In this document: piece by piece, positions 28,712-36,061 of the stretch | Position numbering within the stretch: the stretch's first letter is position 1 | Layout of the letters: every line of letters starts with the position of its first letter | Assembly: GCA_007116915.1 (NCBI GenBank) | Contig: SKHQ01000099.1 | Coordinates: 1 to 36,061 of the forward strand | Length of the DNA: 36,061 nucleotides | DNA from: Candidatus Methanomethylophilaceae archaeon | GTDB lineage: Archaea; Thermoplasmatota; Thermoplasmata; Methanomassiliicoccales; Methanomethylophilaceae | Reading direction: 5' to 3' | Made by a program: the position numbers and the translations under genes | The notes under the pieces: model-generated | What the model was told of the DNA's origin: nothing | The model's input: the letters and a program-made list of their open reading frames with translations, nothing else | The model's database searches: none

Positions 28712-29959
28712 ATGTTGAAGCGGCTTGACATCGAGTCATGGGTATCCTCGAGGAACAGCGGAGTGGATAAGGTAGCCGACGACGTCTCCGACATAATCGC
28801 CATGGTCGAGAAAGATGGCGACAAAGCGCTGATCGAACTTACTGAGAAGTTCGATAAGGTCAAATTGGAGAGTCTTATGGTCGACCGAGAGCGCATCGAC
28901 GAAGCATATGAGGACGTGGACCCGGAACTTGTGGAAGCATTGGAGGAGGCCGCATTCAACATACAGAGGTTCCATGAGCTCCAGAAGAAAGACGACCTTT
29001 GGTTGAAGGAGATGGAGCCCGGAATTACATTGGGCGTGAAGACCACGCCCCTAAGGACGATAGGGATGTATGTTCCTGGAGGCCGGGCGGCCTACCCGAC
29101 CTCCGTCCTAATGTGCGGCATACCGGCCCGTGTGGCGGGAGTGGATGAGGTCATAATGTGCACTCCGGCGCCCATACACCCTCTGACACTGGTGGCTGCT
29201 GACATTGCAGGGGTTGATGAGATATACGCCGTCGGCGGTGCGCAGGCTATCGCCGCTATGGCACTAGGCACCGACAGCATTCCTCAAGTGGATAAGATAG
29301 TTGGCCCGGGTAACGTCTATGTCACCGCTGCCAAGGCACTTCTGCGAGGCATCGTGGAGATAGATTTCCTAGCAGGTCCGAGTGAAATCGGCATAATCGC
29401 TGATGATTCCGCAGTGGCGGAGTACATCGCCGCCGACATATTGGCTCAATCTGAGCACGATCCGCAGAGTGCATGCGTATTGGTTACCGATGCCCCTGAA
29501 CTCGTGGAAAGTGTGAACGCCTTCCTAACTTCCATGTTTAAGGAGTGCAAGCGTTCAAAGATCGCTGAACAGGCTTTGAAATGGTCTGGTTACGTGATCG
29601 TGGAGAACATGGACGACGCGGTGGAGATAATGGATCTGATGGCTCCCGAACATCTGTCTTTGCAGGTCCGTGACTCTCTGGGAATACTTGGTAAAATACG
29701 CAATGCCGGCTCAATATTCGTAGGGCCTTACGCTGCTGTCGCCTTGGGCGATTACGGTTCCGGGACTAATCACGTCCTTCCGACCGGTGGAAATGCAAGC
29801 TATGATTCAGGTCTGAACGTCGCACACTTCACTAAAACGAGTACTGTCCAGATAATCAACCGCGAAGGTCTGGATAACCTTGCCGAATTCGTCATACCGT
29901 TAGCGGAAGCGGAAGGTTTGGACGCCCATGCGATGTCAGTCCGAATAAGAAGGTCATAA
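28712..29959 (+). CDS. hisD: Histidinol dehydrogenase
   Basis: GMYVPGG, GGAQAIAAMA, KIVGPGNVYV, AGPSE, QSEHDP, APEHL, GDYGSGTNHVLPT. Confidence 0.97.
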   Translation: MLKRLDIESWVSSRNSGVDKVADDVSDIIAMVEKDGDKALIELTEKFDKVKLESLMVDRERIDEAYEDVDPELVEALEEAAFNIQRFHELQKKDDLWLKEMEPGITLGVKTTPLRTIGMYVPGGRAAYPTSVLMCGIPARVAGVDEVIMCTPAPIHPLTLVAADIAGVDEIYAVGGAQAIAAMALGTDSIPQVDKIVGPGNVYVTAAKALLRGIVEIDFLAGPSEIGIIADDSAVAEYIAADILAQSEHDPQSACVLVTDAPELVESVNAFLTSMFKECKRSKIAEQALKWSGYVIVENMDDAVEIMDLMAPEHLSLQVRDSLGILGKIRNAGSIFVGPYAAVALGDYGSGTNHVLPTGGNASYDSGLNVAHFTKTSTVQIINREGLDNLAEFVIPLAEAEGLDAHAMSVRIRRS

Positions 29960-30325
29960 AAGGGTTACCAAATACCTTCCCATTAGTGCTCCGAAGACAC
30001 AAAGCAAAACGTTGAGTGCTACGTTCAAAACAGCGAGCCTCACGCCTCTTTCCTCATAGAGCAATAAAGTATCCAAGCTGAATGAGGAGAATGTTGTGAA
30101 GGCACCTAATACACCGATCGTGACCAGAGGAGACATTGACCAAAGGTCATGAAATGGCATGAAGATAGCGACTGAAAGGAGGAAACTTCCTGTGACGTTC
30201 ACGAACAAGGTCGCCCACGGGAAGTCCTTGCCTCGGAAGGATAGAAATGTTGCATAACGTAGGATAGCTCCAAACGCCCCTCCGAGGCCGATTAAAAGAT
30301 AATTTTCGAATCCCAGAATATCCAC
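29954..30325 (-). CDS. crcB: Fluoride channel Fluc/CrcB
   Basis: GGAFGAILRY, TLFVNVTGSF, GVLGAFTTFSSF. GTG start chosen about 24 nt after TTTTTATA (leaderless). Confidence 0.9.
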   Translation of the reverse strand: MDILGFENYLLIGLGGAFGAILRYATFLSFRGKDFPWATLFVNVTGSFLLSVAIFMPFHDLWSMSPLVTIGVLGAFTTFSSFSLDTLLLYEERGVRLAVLNVALNVLLCVFGALMGRYLVTLL

Positions 30326-30430
30326 GCTTATGTATGTTCGGATATGTATAAAAATATTCATTTTTAATTGTTCCATATTCTGAATTTTGAATAGTAACAT
30401 TAAATAGCATTGAAACCACTGGGATTATGG

Positions 30431-30793
30431 ATGGTAGGCAGAATCCTTATCGTTGAAGACGAGGTCGTCGTGGCTATGTATATCGAAACGGTCTTGGAGA
30501 CTTTCGGATACGAGGTTGTTTCAATAGTCACCAACGGAAAGGACGCCATCGATAAGGTTCAAAATGATAAGGTCGACGTCGTTTTGATGGATATCAACAT
30601 CGAAGGCGATATCGACGGCATCGAGACCACTCGTCGTATCAAGGAGTTCAGCAACGTCCCGGTCCTTTATGTGAGCGCCTACATCGATAAAGAGACCATC
30701 GCCCGGGCTTCGGAAACGAATCCTGCCGGTTACTTGTCTAAACCATTCAAGAACAAGGACCTTAGGACTATGATAGAGAACATAATAGGGTGA
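30431..30793 (+). CDS. Stand-alone response regulator receiver (CheY-like)
   Basis: ILIVEDE, LMDI..G.IDG, YLSKPF. Confidence 0.92.
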   Translation: MVGRILIVEDEVVVAMYIETVLETFGYEVVSIVTNGKDAIDKVQNDKVDVVLMDINIEGDIDGIETTRRIKEFSNVPVLYVSAYIDKETIARASETNPAGYLSKPFKNKDLRTMIENIIG

Positions 30794-30799
30794 TGATTT

Positions 30800-31696
30800 T
30801 CACCATATGTCCTCCACCGCCTGAGCCATAACCCCTGACGTGAATGCAGCGGCGTGCAGAGCCCTTTGTGATGACTCCAATGCCCCATACATCACCCAAT
30901 CCGCGCCGGACATCATTGCGACTGTGACAGCTGCCGTGTCAACGTAACGGAACAGCTTCTTTCCGTCATCATCCATCTCCGTGAACGGGGGCCAGGTCTC
31001 AACGGTGTTGTGCAAGGCCATTCCTGCCGGAAGACCCCATTTGGCCTTGGCGACAGTCAGGGCCCTGAGTGCTGAACCGGCGGATTGGTCGAAGGATGTG
31101 GCTGCCAAGTCTATTAGTGGCCGTCGTATCTCATTCTCCTCTGCCATTTCGATCAGGCCTTTACGTAGCAGCCTCCCTCCGTTGTCAAGGATGTAGATAC
31201 GACCCTTGACACTAAGATCTCCGGAATCGAATGCCATTACAACTGCGGAATCAACACCGTGTTCTGCCAATGAAGACCATTCTTCTGGTGGCGATCCCCC
31301 GTGGAGGCTGTTGTATATCACACGCGATGAAATACCCATGGACTCCGCCTCTTTCAAAGCCCTCAACTTCACGCTGGTGTCAGGGGAGTCAATTAGAATC
31401 GGACCGCTGGATACGTCGGATAATGTGGATAAGAGTCCATGGACCGCATCTTCATGATCGAGATAAGCCATGCAGCCATGACCTTGTTCAAGTTCTCTGG
31501 CACAGGTCTCGGCCCTTGATACCTTCTTCTCCAGTTTTTCAATGTCGACCTTCCCTGTTTTCCTGTCGAGGACCATACTGTGGTCAGGATAGAATACGGA
31601 ACCTATCAACACCGATGATCGCCTTCTGGGCTGGCCTCCGAACATTGTACCGGATACCTCGAAACTCAATTGATCCTTCTGAAACCTGAACATCAA
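30800..31696 (-). CDS. mtrH: MtrH-like pterin:corrinoid methyltransferase
   Basis: MFRFQKDQ...FGGQP...VLIGSVFY..H, PILIDS, IYNS, KAKWGLPAG..LHN, GADWVMYG. Confidence 0.85.
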   Translation of the reverse strand: MMFRFQKDQLSFEVSGTMFGGQPRRRSSVLIGSVFYPDHSMVLDRKTGKVDIEKLEKKVSRAETCARELEQGHGCMAYLDHEDAVHGLLSTLSDVSSGPILIDSPDTSVKLRALKEAESMGISSRVIYNSLHGGSPPEEWSSLAEHGVDSAVVMAFDSGDLSVKGRIYILDNGGRLLRKGLIEMAEENEIRRPLIDLAATSFDQSAGSALRALTVAKAKWGLPAGMALHNTVETWPPFTEMDDDGKKLFRYVDTAAVTVAMMSGADWVMYGALESSQRALHAAAFTSGVMAQAVEDIW

Positions 31697-31914
31697 TACC
31701 CTCCTGTAAGATAATCTCGCAACTTAATGGCCAAGGTCACCGAGTCGGCCTTGACGACAAGCCCGTCGACAGGATTCAATATGACTCCTGGATCTGCATC
31801 TATAGTGATGAACGAGGAGGCGGTGGAAAGCCTTTTCGCAGCCACTGCCACACTGGGACCGACTTCATTCAACTCATTATCGCCGACTATTGTCAATCCC
31901 GAATCTTCGAACAT
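31693..31914 (-). CDS. Small soluble protein (73 aa) translationally coupled to the mtrH-like gene
   Basis: ATG 2 nt after the upstream stop and ATGA overlap with mtrH. ITIDADPGVILNPVDGLV weakly recalls the MtrB N-terminal segment. Confidence 0.6.
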   Translation of the reverse strand: MFEDSGLTIVGDNELNEVGPSVAVAAKRLSTASSFITIDADPGVILNPVDGLVVKADSVTLAIKLRDYLTGGY

Positions 31915-31916
31915 GC

Positions 31917-32348
31917 TCACACGACCGATTCGCAATAATCAAGAATTATCCGATGGTCGATGGAGCGCTCCTTCAGGATTATGGATATCGTTTCCAATGA
32001 GATCCTACGAACCTCTGGATCCCAGATGCCGTGAACTATCACGTGCAGCAACATCCTACCACCTTTGAACCCTTTACCATCAAGCAGGTCCTCGGACTCA
32101 ACACCGGCCTTCATCGATACCAGGTTGGCCCTGAGCAGGCGGTCATCAGGTGTAAGAAGGCAACCTTTGACATGTCCTATGAAATCAGCCCCTCCTGCCA
32201 GACAGGCCTCTGTGACACGGGTCATCACAGTCCGCAGCAATTCATCCGCCGCTTCGGAATCGAGGTCGACGTTGGTCATCTCCAGATTGACAGCGAACTT
32301 GCCAAGCTCATCCATCGAACGATGCCGGTCTAGTTGTGGTTCAGTCAT
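31917..32348 (-). CDS. Hypothetical protein, likely partner or split C-terminal domain of the CobW-type GTPase
   Basis: Overlaps the GTPase 3' end; contains FIGHVKG; RBS-like GGTGGTAGGA before ATG 32348. Confidence 0.6.
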   Translation of the reverse strand: MTEPQLDRHRSMDELGKFAVNLEMTNVDLDSEAADELLRTVMTRVTEACLAGGADFIGHVKGCLLTPDDRLLRANLVSMKAGVESEDLLDGKGFKGGRMLLHVIVHGIWDPEVRRISLETISIILKERSIDHRIILDYCESVV

Positions 32349-33015
32349 TCCTACCACCGTACTGCTCTTTGAATATCCCGCCGTCCACTGCATCATAATA
32401 GCGGACGGAATTCTCACTCTCAATCAGGTCGGCCAATTCGGCCACACCCTGTCCAGTCCTTCCCGAACCTGATAATATCCTGACGTCTGGATTTATCTCT
32501 CTTATCCTCTCGTGACACCATACGATAGAGTCCTCATCACAAATATCCACCTTGTTGACGAAAACAAGATCCGCCTCTTGTATCTGCGTCTCTATGAGAC
32601 GCCCAACAAATTGAAGTTGGTCGGAAAGAAGGCTACAGTCCACGAAAGTACAGATGGGGGCGTGCGATATATCGATACCGCTTTTTCGTGTCGCCTCCTC
32701 CACTGCCTTCTTCAGACCCCAAGGGATGGCTACTCCAGTGGGCTCCACAAGAATAATGTCAGGTTTGAACGAAAGATAAAGGTTCATAACCGTGGTGCTG
32801 AAGGTTCCCTGCACCTCACAGCATATACAGCCGCCGGCGACCTCCTTGACCTCCATCCCCTTGGAACGCATGACCTCCTGGTCTACGTTTATGTGACCAA
32901 CGTCATTCACTATCAACGCGACCTTTTTCCCCCTTGATCTGAGTTCCGATGCCATGGCGATCAGGAAAGTCGTCTTCCCCGATCCTAAAAATCCTGTTGC
33001 CTGTGCAATACGCAA
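32341..33015 (-). CDS. G3E P-loop GTPase metallochaperone (CobW/COG0523 family)
   Basis: GFLGSGKTT, GGCICC, EPTG, NKVD; TTG start with GGTGAGG RBS. Confidence 0.88.
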   Translation of the reverse strand: MRIAQATGFLGSGKTTFLIAMASELRSRGKKVALIVNDVGHINVDQEVMRSKGMEVKEVAGGCICCEVQGTFSTTVMNLYLSFKPDIILVEPTGVAIPWGLKKAVEEATRKSGIDISHAPICTFVDCSLLSDQLQFVGRLIETQIQEADLVFVNKVDICDEDSIVWCHERIREINPDVRILSGSGRTGQGVAELADLIESENSVRYYDAVDGGIFKEQYGGRND

Positions 33016-33058
33016 ACAGCCTCACCAGCCATCGTACCGTACTGGATTGTAGATAAGT

Positions 33059-33706
33059 TTAATCATCGGTTTCGTTGAAAATCAGATGAATATCAGACCA
33101 TGACCTCTCCATCTTCCTGCCATGATATCTCTTGATATCTTTCCCCTGTGTTCTGTTCTTCACCCACGCGTTGGGGAACATTGCGATCATCTCATCCGGG
33201 TCTAGGTAATGGTACATGATGCCATTGCCCCGGAGGAAACTGTGCGGCTCCACCTCTTTCCCCTGTCCGTACCTCATATCCCCTCGGTCGAAACCTCTGA
33301 GGAACATCCATCCGCCAGGGCGGATGCACCTAATAATCTCCTTAGCGGCCATTTTGCGGTCGTGCCCGATGAGATGGTTCAGCACATGAACGGCTAGCAT
33401 TCCATCGAAGAATCCATCCGGGAAAGGCAACTCCTTAACATCGGCGACCATGACATTAACGTCGACACCGAATCGTTTCTGACAGATCTCAACAGCCGAT
33501 GATGAGAAATCTATCGCATGAACTTCTGCGCCCAATGCTAAAAGCTGCTCCAGAGTCTTGCCGTTACCGCAACCTAGTTCCAGAACCCTTTGGCCCTTAC
33601 AGGGCGGAATATCGATATCGGAAACACCGCGCCAACTCATCGGTTGACTCTGGTAGTAGGCTTCCCATTCCTTAGAGGATGGGCGGTGAGGGGGAGATTC
33701 CACCAT
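33059..33706 (-). CDS. Class I SAM-dependent methyltransferase
   Basis: VLELGCGNGK, IDFS, LPFPDGFFD, RPGG. Confidence 0.88.
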   Translation of the reverse strand: MVESPPHRPSSKEWEAYYQSQPMSWRGVSDIDIPPCKGQRVLELGCGNGKTLEQLLALGAEVHAIDFSSSAVEICQKRFGVDVNVMVADVKELPFPDGFFDGMLAVHVLNHLIGHDRKMAAKEIIRCIRPGGWMFLRGFDRGDMRYGQGKEVEPHSFLRGNGIMYHYLDPDEMIAMFPNAWVKNRTQGKDIKRYHGRKMERSWSDIHLIFNETDD

Positions 33707-33761
33707 TTAATGGAGGAGTATCGTGAAATCTTATTTATCCTCCTGTATACCTTGTTATCTC

Positions 33762-34004
33762 ATGGATGAGAAAGGACAAGTCGTCCAGCAGCTCTCCCGT
33801 TTACCAGGGGTTAGTGAGAAGGCCGCTGAGGGGATGTTTCTGCTCGGGATCCGATCGGTGGATGATCTCAAAGGTAAGAACGGTGACGACATGTACGCCG
33901 CCCTCCGCGATCGAAAGGATTTCTTCGCCGAACCATGCATGCAGAAGATGTTGAAGATAGCCATCGGAATGGCCGACAAGGGATACGCGGACAAGTTCAA
34001 ATGA
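33762..34004 (+). CDS. Helix-hairpin-helix protein (Cdd1/TfoX-C-like)
   Basis: LSRLPGVSEKAAE...LGIRSVDDLKGK...MY...EPC. Confidence 0.7.
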   Translation: MDEKGQVVQQLSRLPGVSEKAAEGMFLLGIRSVDDLKGKNGDDMYAALRDRKDFFAEPCMQKMLKIAIGMADKGYADKFK

Positions 34005-35464
34005 GTCCGAACCCACATAGTTTCGTTGCCCGGATGCCGAACGAACCTGGTGCGCTACACATAGCGGCGGCGGTATTGAAAAGGCATAACGGTAACATCG
34101 AACGTATCCAGTACGACACACGAATAGACCCTAACATAGTTTTCTTCGAGCTCAGTGCCGAGGGGGATGACCTCCAAGCAGCCTTGGATGAATTGGATGC
34201 TATGGGATATCTCAGGCGGTCCCTTCCCGTTCCTGCCTACTTGAAGTTCGACATCACACTGCCCCACATGCCCGGGGCACTGTTCGATTTCCTGGAGAAG
34301 ATAACCGGGACGGGGACTAACATCGCGTACTTAGATTACGATGAAACCGTCCCGAGGGGAGGTCCGCTGAGAGTGGCGGTCGTCATTGATGATGGCAGTA
34401 GGGCCAATAAACTACTCGACAATCTGAAATCGATTTACCCGTTGGAAATCATTGAGCACAGTAGTGTGAACGAGGACCTTGACAGTAACGTTTTTTACGT
34501 TCGATTCGCCCAGGAGATACGTTCTCTCATCCCCGGTGTGAATGAGGATTTCCTTTTAGGATTCTTGCACGAGTCCAATCACATCGCACAGGAGCTGACG
34601 AGACGGGGAGAGGATCCGAGAAAGGTCCTACGCACCATACTGGACTCCGGACGTATGCTAAAGGACAGTGTCAAGCCCGGATGTGCGGAGGTGGATACCA
34701 TAGAGGTGCCTGGGGGAGAGGTCCATTGCATACAGTTCCCTTGCGGAGGCAACTCCTATCTGCTAAACATCGGTGCGAAGATAGTGATCGACACCGGCTT
34801 CGGGTCCTATCGGGAACATCTAATCGATTGCATCAAGGACCTGGGCTGGCAACTGGACGATATCGATGCCGTACTGATAACCCATGGAGATACCGACCAT
34901 TGCGGATCGGCATGGTCTCTGAAAACAGACGTCCATATGTCTCCTCAGGCCTATGATATCGTATCCCACTGCGACCGATCCCATGGTTCGGAGTCGCAGG
35001 GAGGTCTGTTGGAGACATTCTATACCCGTATGATAGGTTTGTTCTCAGATGCGGATGATGTCGGAGATACGGTCCTGCTTGAAGGCGGCAATGGTTCAAT
35101 GCACGGATTCGAAATCCAGACTGAAATCGATATTTGCGGCACTAGGGTCACCGCGATCAAAGGACGGGGCGGACATCAGGAGGGTCAGTTGTTCTTTTTA
35201 TTCCCTGATTCAAATATGATATTCACCGGCGACAGTCTGATCAATTTCTCCACCCTATCTGAGGAGAGGAAGGAATACATGACATTGGCTAAAGTCCTGA
35301 TGACCTCTGTGAACGTTGACAGCGTCAGGGCTAAGGAGGAACGTGATCTTCTGTTGGATTTGATTCGAGCGTACCAGGGTGATTCTGGTAAGCCTTTGAT
35401 GGTCTGCCCCGGCCATGGGGGCGTCTCGGCATTCAAGGACAATGCCCTTATCACCTGGCATTAA
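34001..35464 (+). CDS. Tandem ACT domains fused to a metallo-beta-lactamase-fold hydrolase
   Basis: MPNEPGAL and LPHMPGAL (ACT domains); IDTG, THGDTDH, GGH, FTGD, PGHG (MBL fold). ATGA overlap with the upstream gene. Confidence 0.82.
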   Translation: MSPNPHSFVARMPNEPGALHIAAAVLKRHNGNIERIQYDTRIDPNIVFFELSAEGDDLQAALDELDAMGYLRRSLPVPAYLKFDITLPHMPGALFDFLEKITGTGTNIAYLDYDETVPRGGPLRVAVVIDDGSRANKLLDNLKSIYPLEIIEHSSVNEDLDSNVFYVRFAQEIRSLIPGVNEDFLLGFLHESNHIAQELTRRGEDPRKVLRTILDSGRMLKDSVKPGCAEVDTIEVPGGEVHCIQFPCGGNSYLLNIGAKIVIDTGFGSYREHLIDCIKDLGWQLDDIDAVLITHGDTDHCGSAWSLKTDVHMSPQAYDIVSHCDRSHGSESQGGLLETFYTRMIGLFSDADDVGDTVLLEGGNGSMHGFEIQTEIDICGTRVTAIKGRGGHQEGQLFFLFPDSNMIFTGDSLINFSTLSEERKEYMTLAKVLMTSVNVDSVRAKEERDLLLDLIRAYQGDSGKPLMVCPGHGGVSAFKDNALITWH

Positions 35465-35940
35465 GCAAGTAAGCAACGGCCGTGCAGAAGCAGAAAATGT
35501 CCGACCGCCATCATAGTCCGGGCGTGATGGTCCTCCAAAGTGCGATAGACCAACAGCTCCGTCCTCGGTTCGGACCAAGTGGATATGTCGGTCATCTCAA
35601 TCATGTTATTATCATCACCGTTGAAAAAAGCCAGGGACGTGTTCGAGCTGTTGAGATACTTGATCGAAAAAACGGTGCCGTCCTCGAAGATTAGTTGCGG
35701 TTCAAAAGCGCTCGGTTCGGATATGGTGGCGTAGACCTCGCCGTCGGTCGATACTTCGACCCTCGGTTTGAGAAGTCCTTTCTTCCTGATGTTCATTCCC
35801 TTACCACCGAATACGCACTCCACATTTACAGGGTCCAATTGCATTCGGCATAATTCTCTTGATCCTTCACGCAGTATGAACTCTTCCCCGGCGAGGGTCC
35901 AGTGCATCCGTTTACGCACTAGTCCTGAACAAAATGCCAT
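35461..35940 (-). CDS. Hypothetical protein (beta-rich)
   Basis: 159-aa ORF with TATTTAAATA about 25 nt upstream of ATG. Confidence 0.6.
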   Translation of the reverse strand: MAFCSGLVRKRMHWTLAGEEFILREGSRELCRMQLDPVNVECVFGGKGMNIRKKGLLKPRVEVSTDGEVYATISEPSAFEPQLIFEDGTVFSIKYLNSSNTSLAFFNGDDNNMIEMTDISTWSEPRTELLVYRTLEDHHARTMMAVGHFLLLHGRCLLA

Positions 35941-35977
35941 ATGTACTGGTTGGGAATACTTATTTAAATAGGTTATT

Positions 35978-35998
35978 GGGCGGGCCTAGAGCCCGCCC
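35978..35998. terminator. GC-rich hairpin GGGCGGGC-CTAGA-GCCCGCCC spanning a stop codon
   Basis: Perfect 8-bp inverted repeat at the end of the incoming minus-strand gene. Confidence 0.45.
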
Positions 35999-36061
35999 TT
36001 CCTCCGCCCGTACAGGAAGAACGCCAATAGCACAACGGTGGAGACCGGGAGACCGATCACC
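35986..36061 (-). CDS. 3' end of a membrane-anchored protein (...VIGLPVSTVVLLAFFLYGRRKGGL*), truncated by the window edge
   Basis: Hydrophobic helix, RRK positive-inside tail, TAG stop. Confidence 0.6.
   Translation of the reverse strand, partial: VIGLPVSTVVLLAFFLYGRRKGGL

Noticed and set aside
30326..30430. Fluoride riboswitch upstream of crcB
   Set aside because: The region is AT-rich with no GAUG...CURAUGA core, and the TATA box sits about 24 nt from the GTG start, leaving no leader.
1..36061. Window-wide amber (pyrrolysine) recoding inside genes
   Set aside because: No recognisable gene is interrupted by an in-frame TAG. The few TAG codons (9845, 19039, 19455, 25261, 35986) fall at natural protein ends.

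Overview
Gene-dense archaeal chromosome segment, most consistent with a Thermoplasmata/Methanomassiliicoccales-type methylotroph. This assignment is inferred from GGAGGTGA/GGTGA ribosome-binding sites, TATA boxes about 25 nt upstream of starts, an MtaA/CmuA-type methyltransferase and an MtrH-like gene with no neighbouring membrane Mtr genes. About 40 CDSs are present: methyl-transfer genes, a rubredoxin and a rubredoxin-fused glutamate synthase-like flavoprotein, SRAP, an NCS2 permease, a P-type ATPase, an AddAB-like helicase-nuclease pair, active and catalytically dead DEDD exonuclease paralogs, exonuclease VII, a PARIS-like ABC-ATPase/TOPRIM pair, TrkAH, HisD, Fluc and others. The strongest unexplained signal is non-coding: two diverged copies of a ~165-nt structured element (about 4117-4280 and 4960-5124). 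Each has its own minus-strand TATA box and compensatory base changes, and together they bracket a DUF3574-like membrane protein gene. I read this as a candidate undescribed archaeal ncRNA family. Two genes missing from the ORF track were also found: a 59-aa rubredoxin and a probable 14-aa lysine-rich micropeptide. All calls come from reading motifs by eye; no database searches were run.
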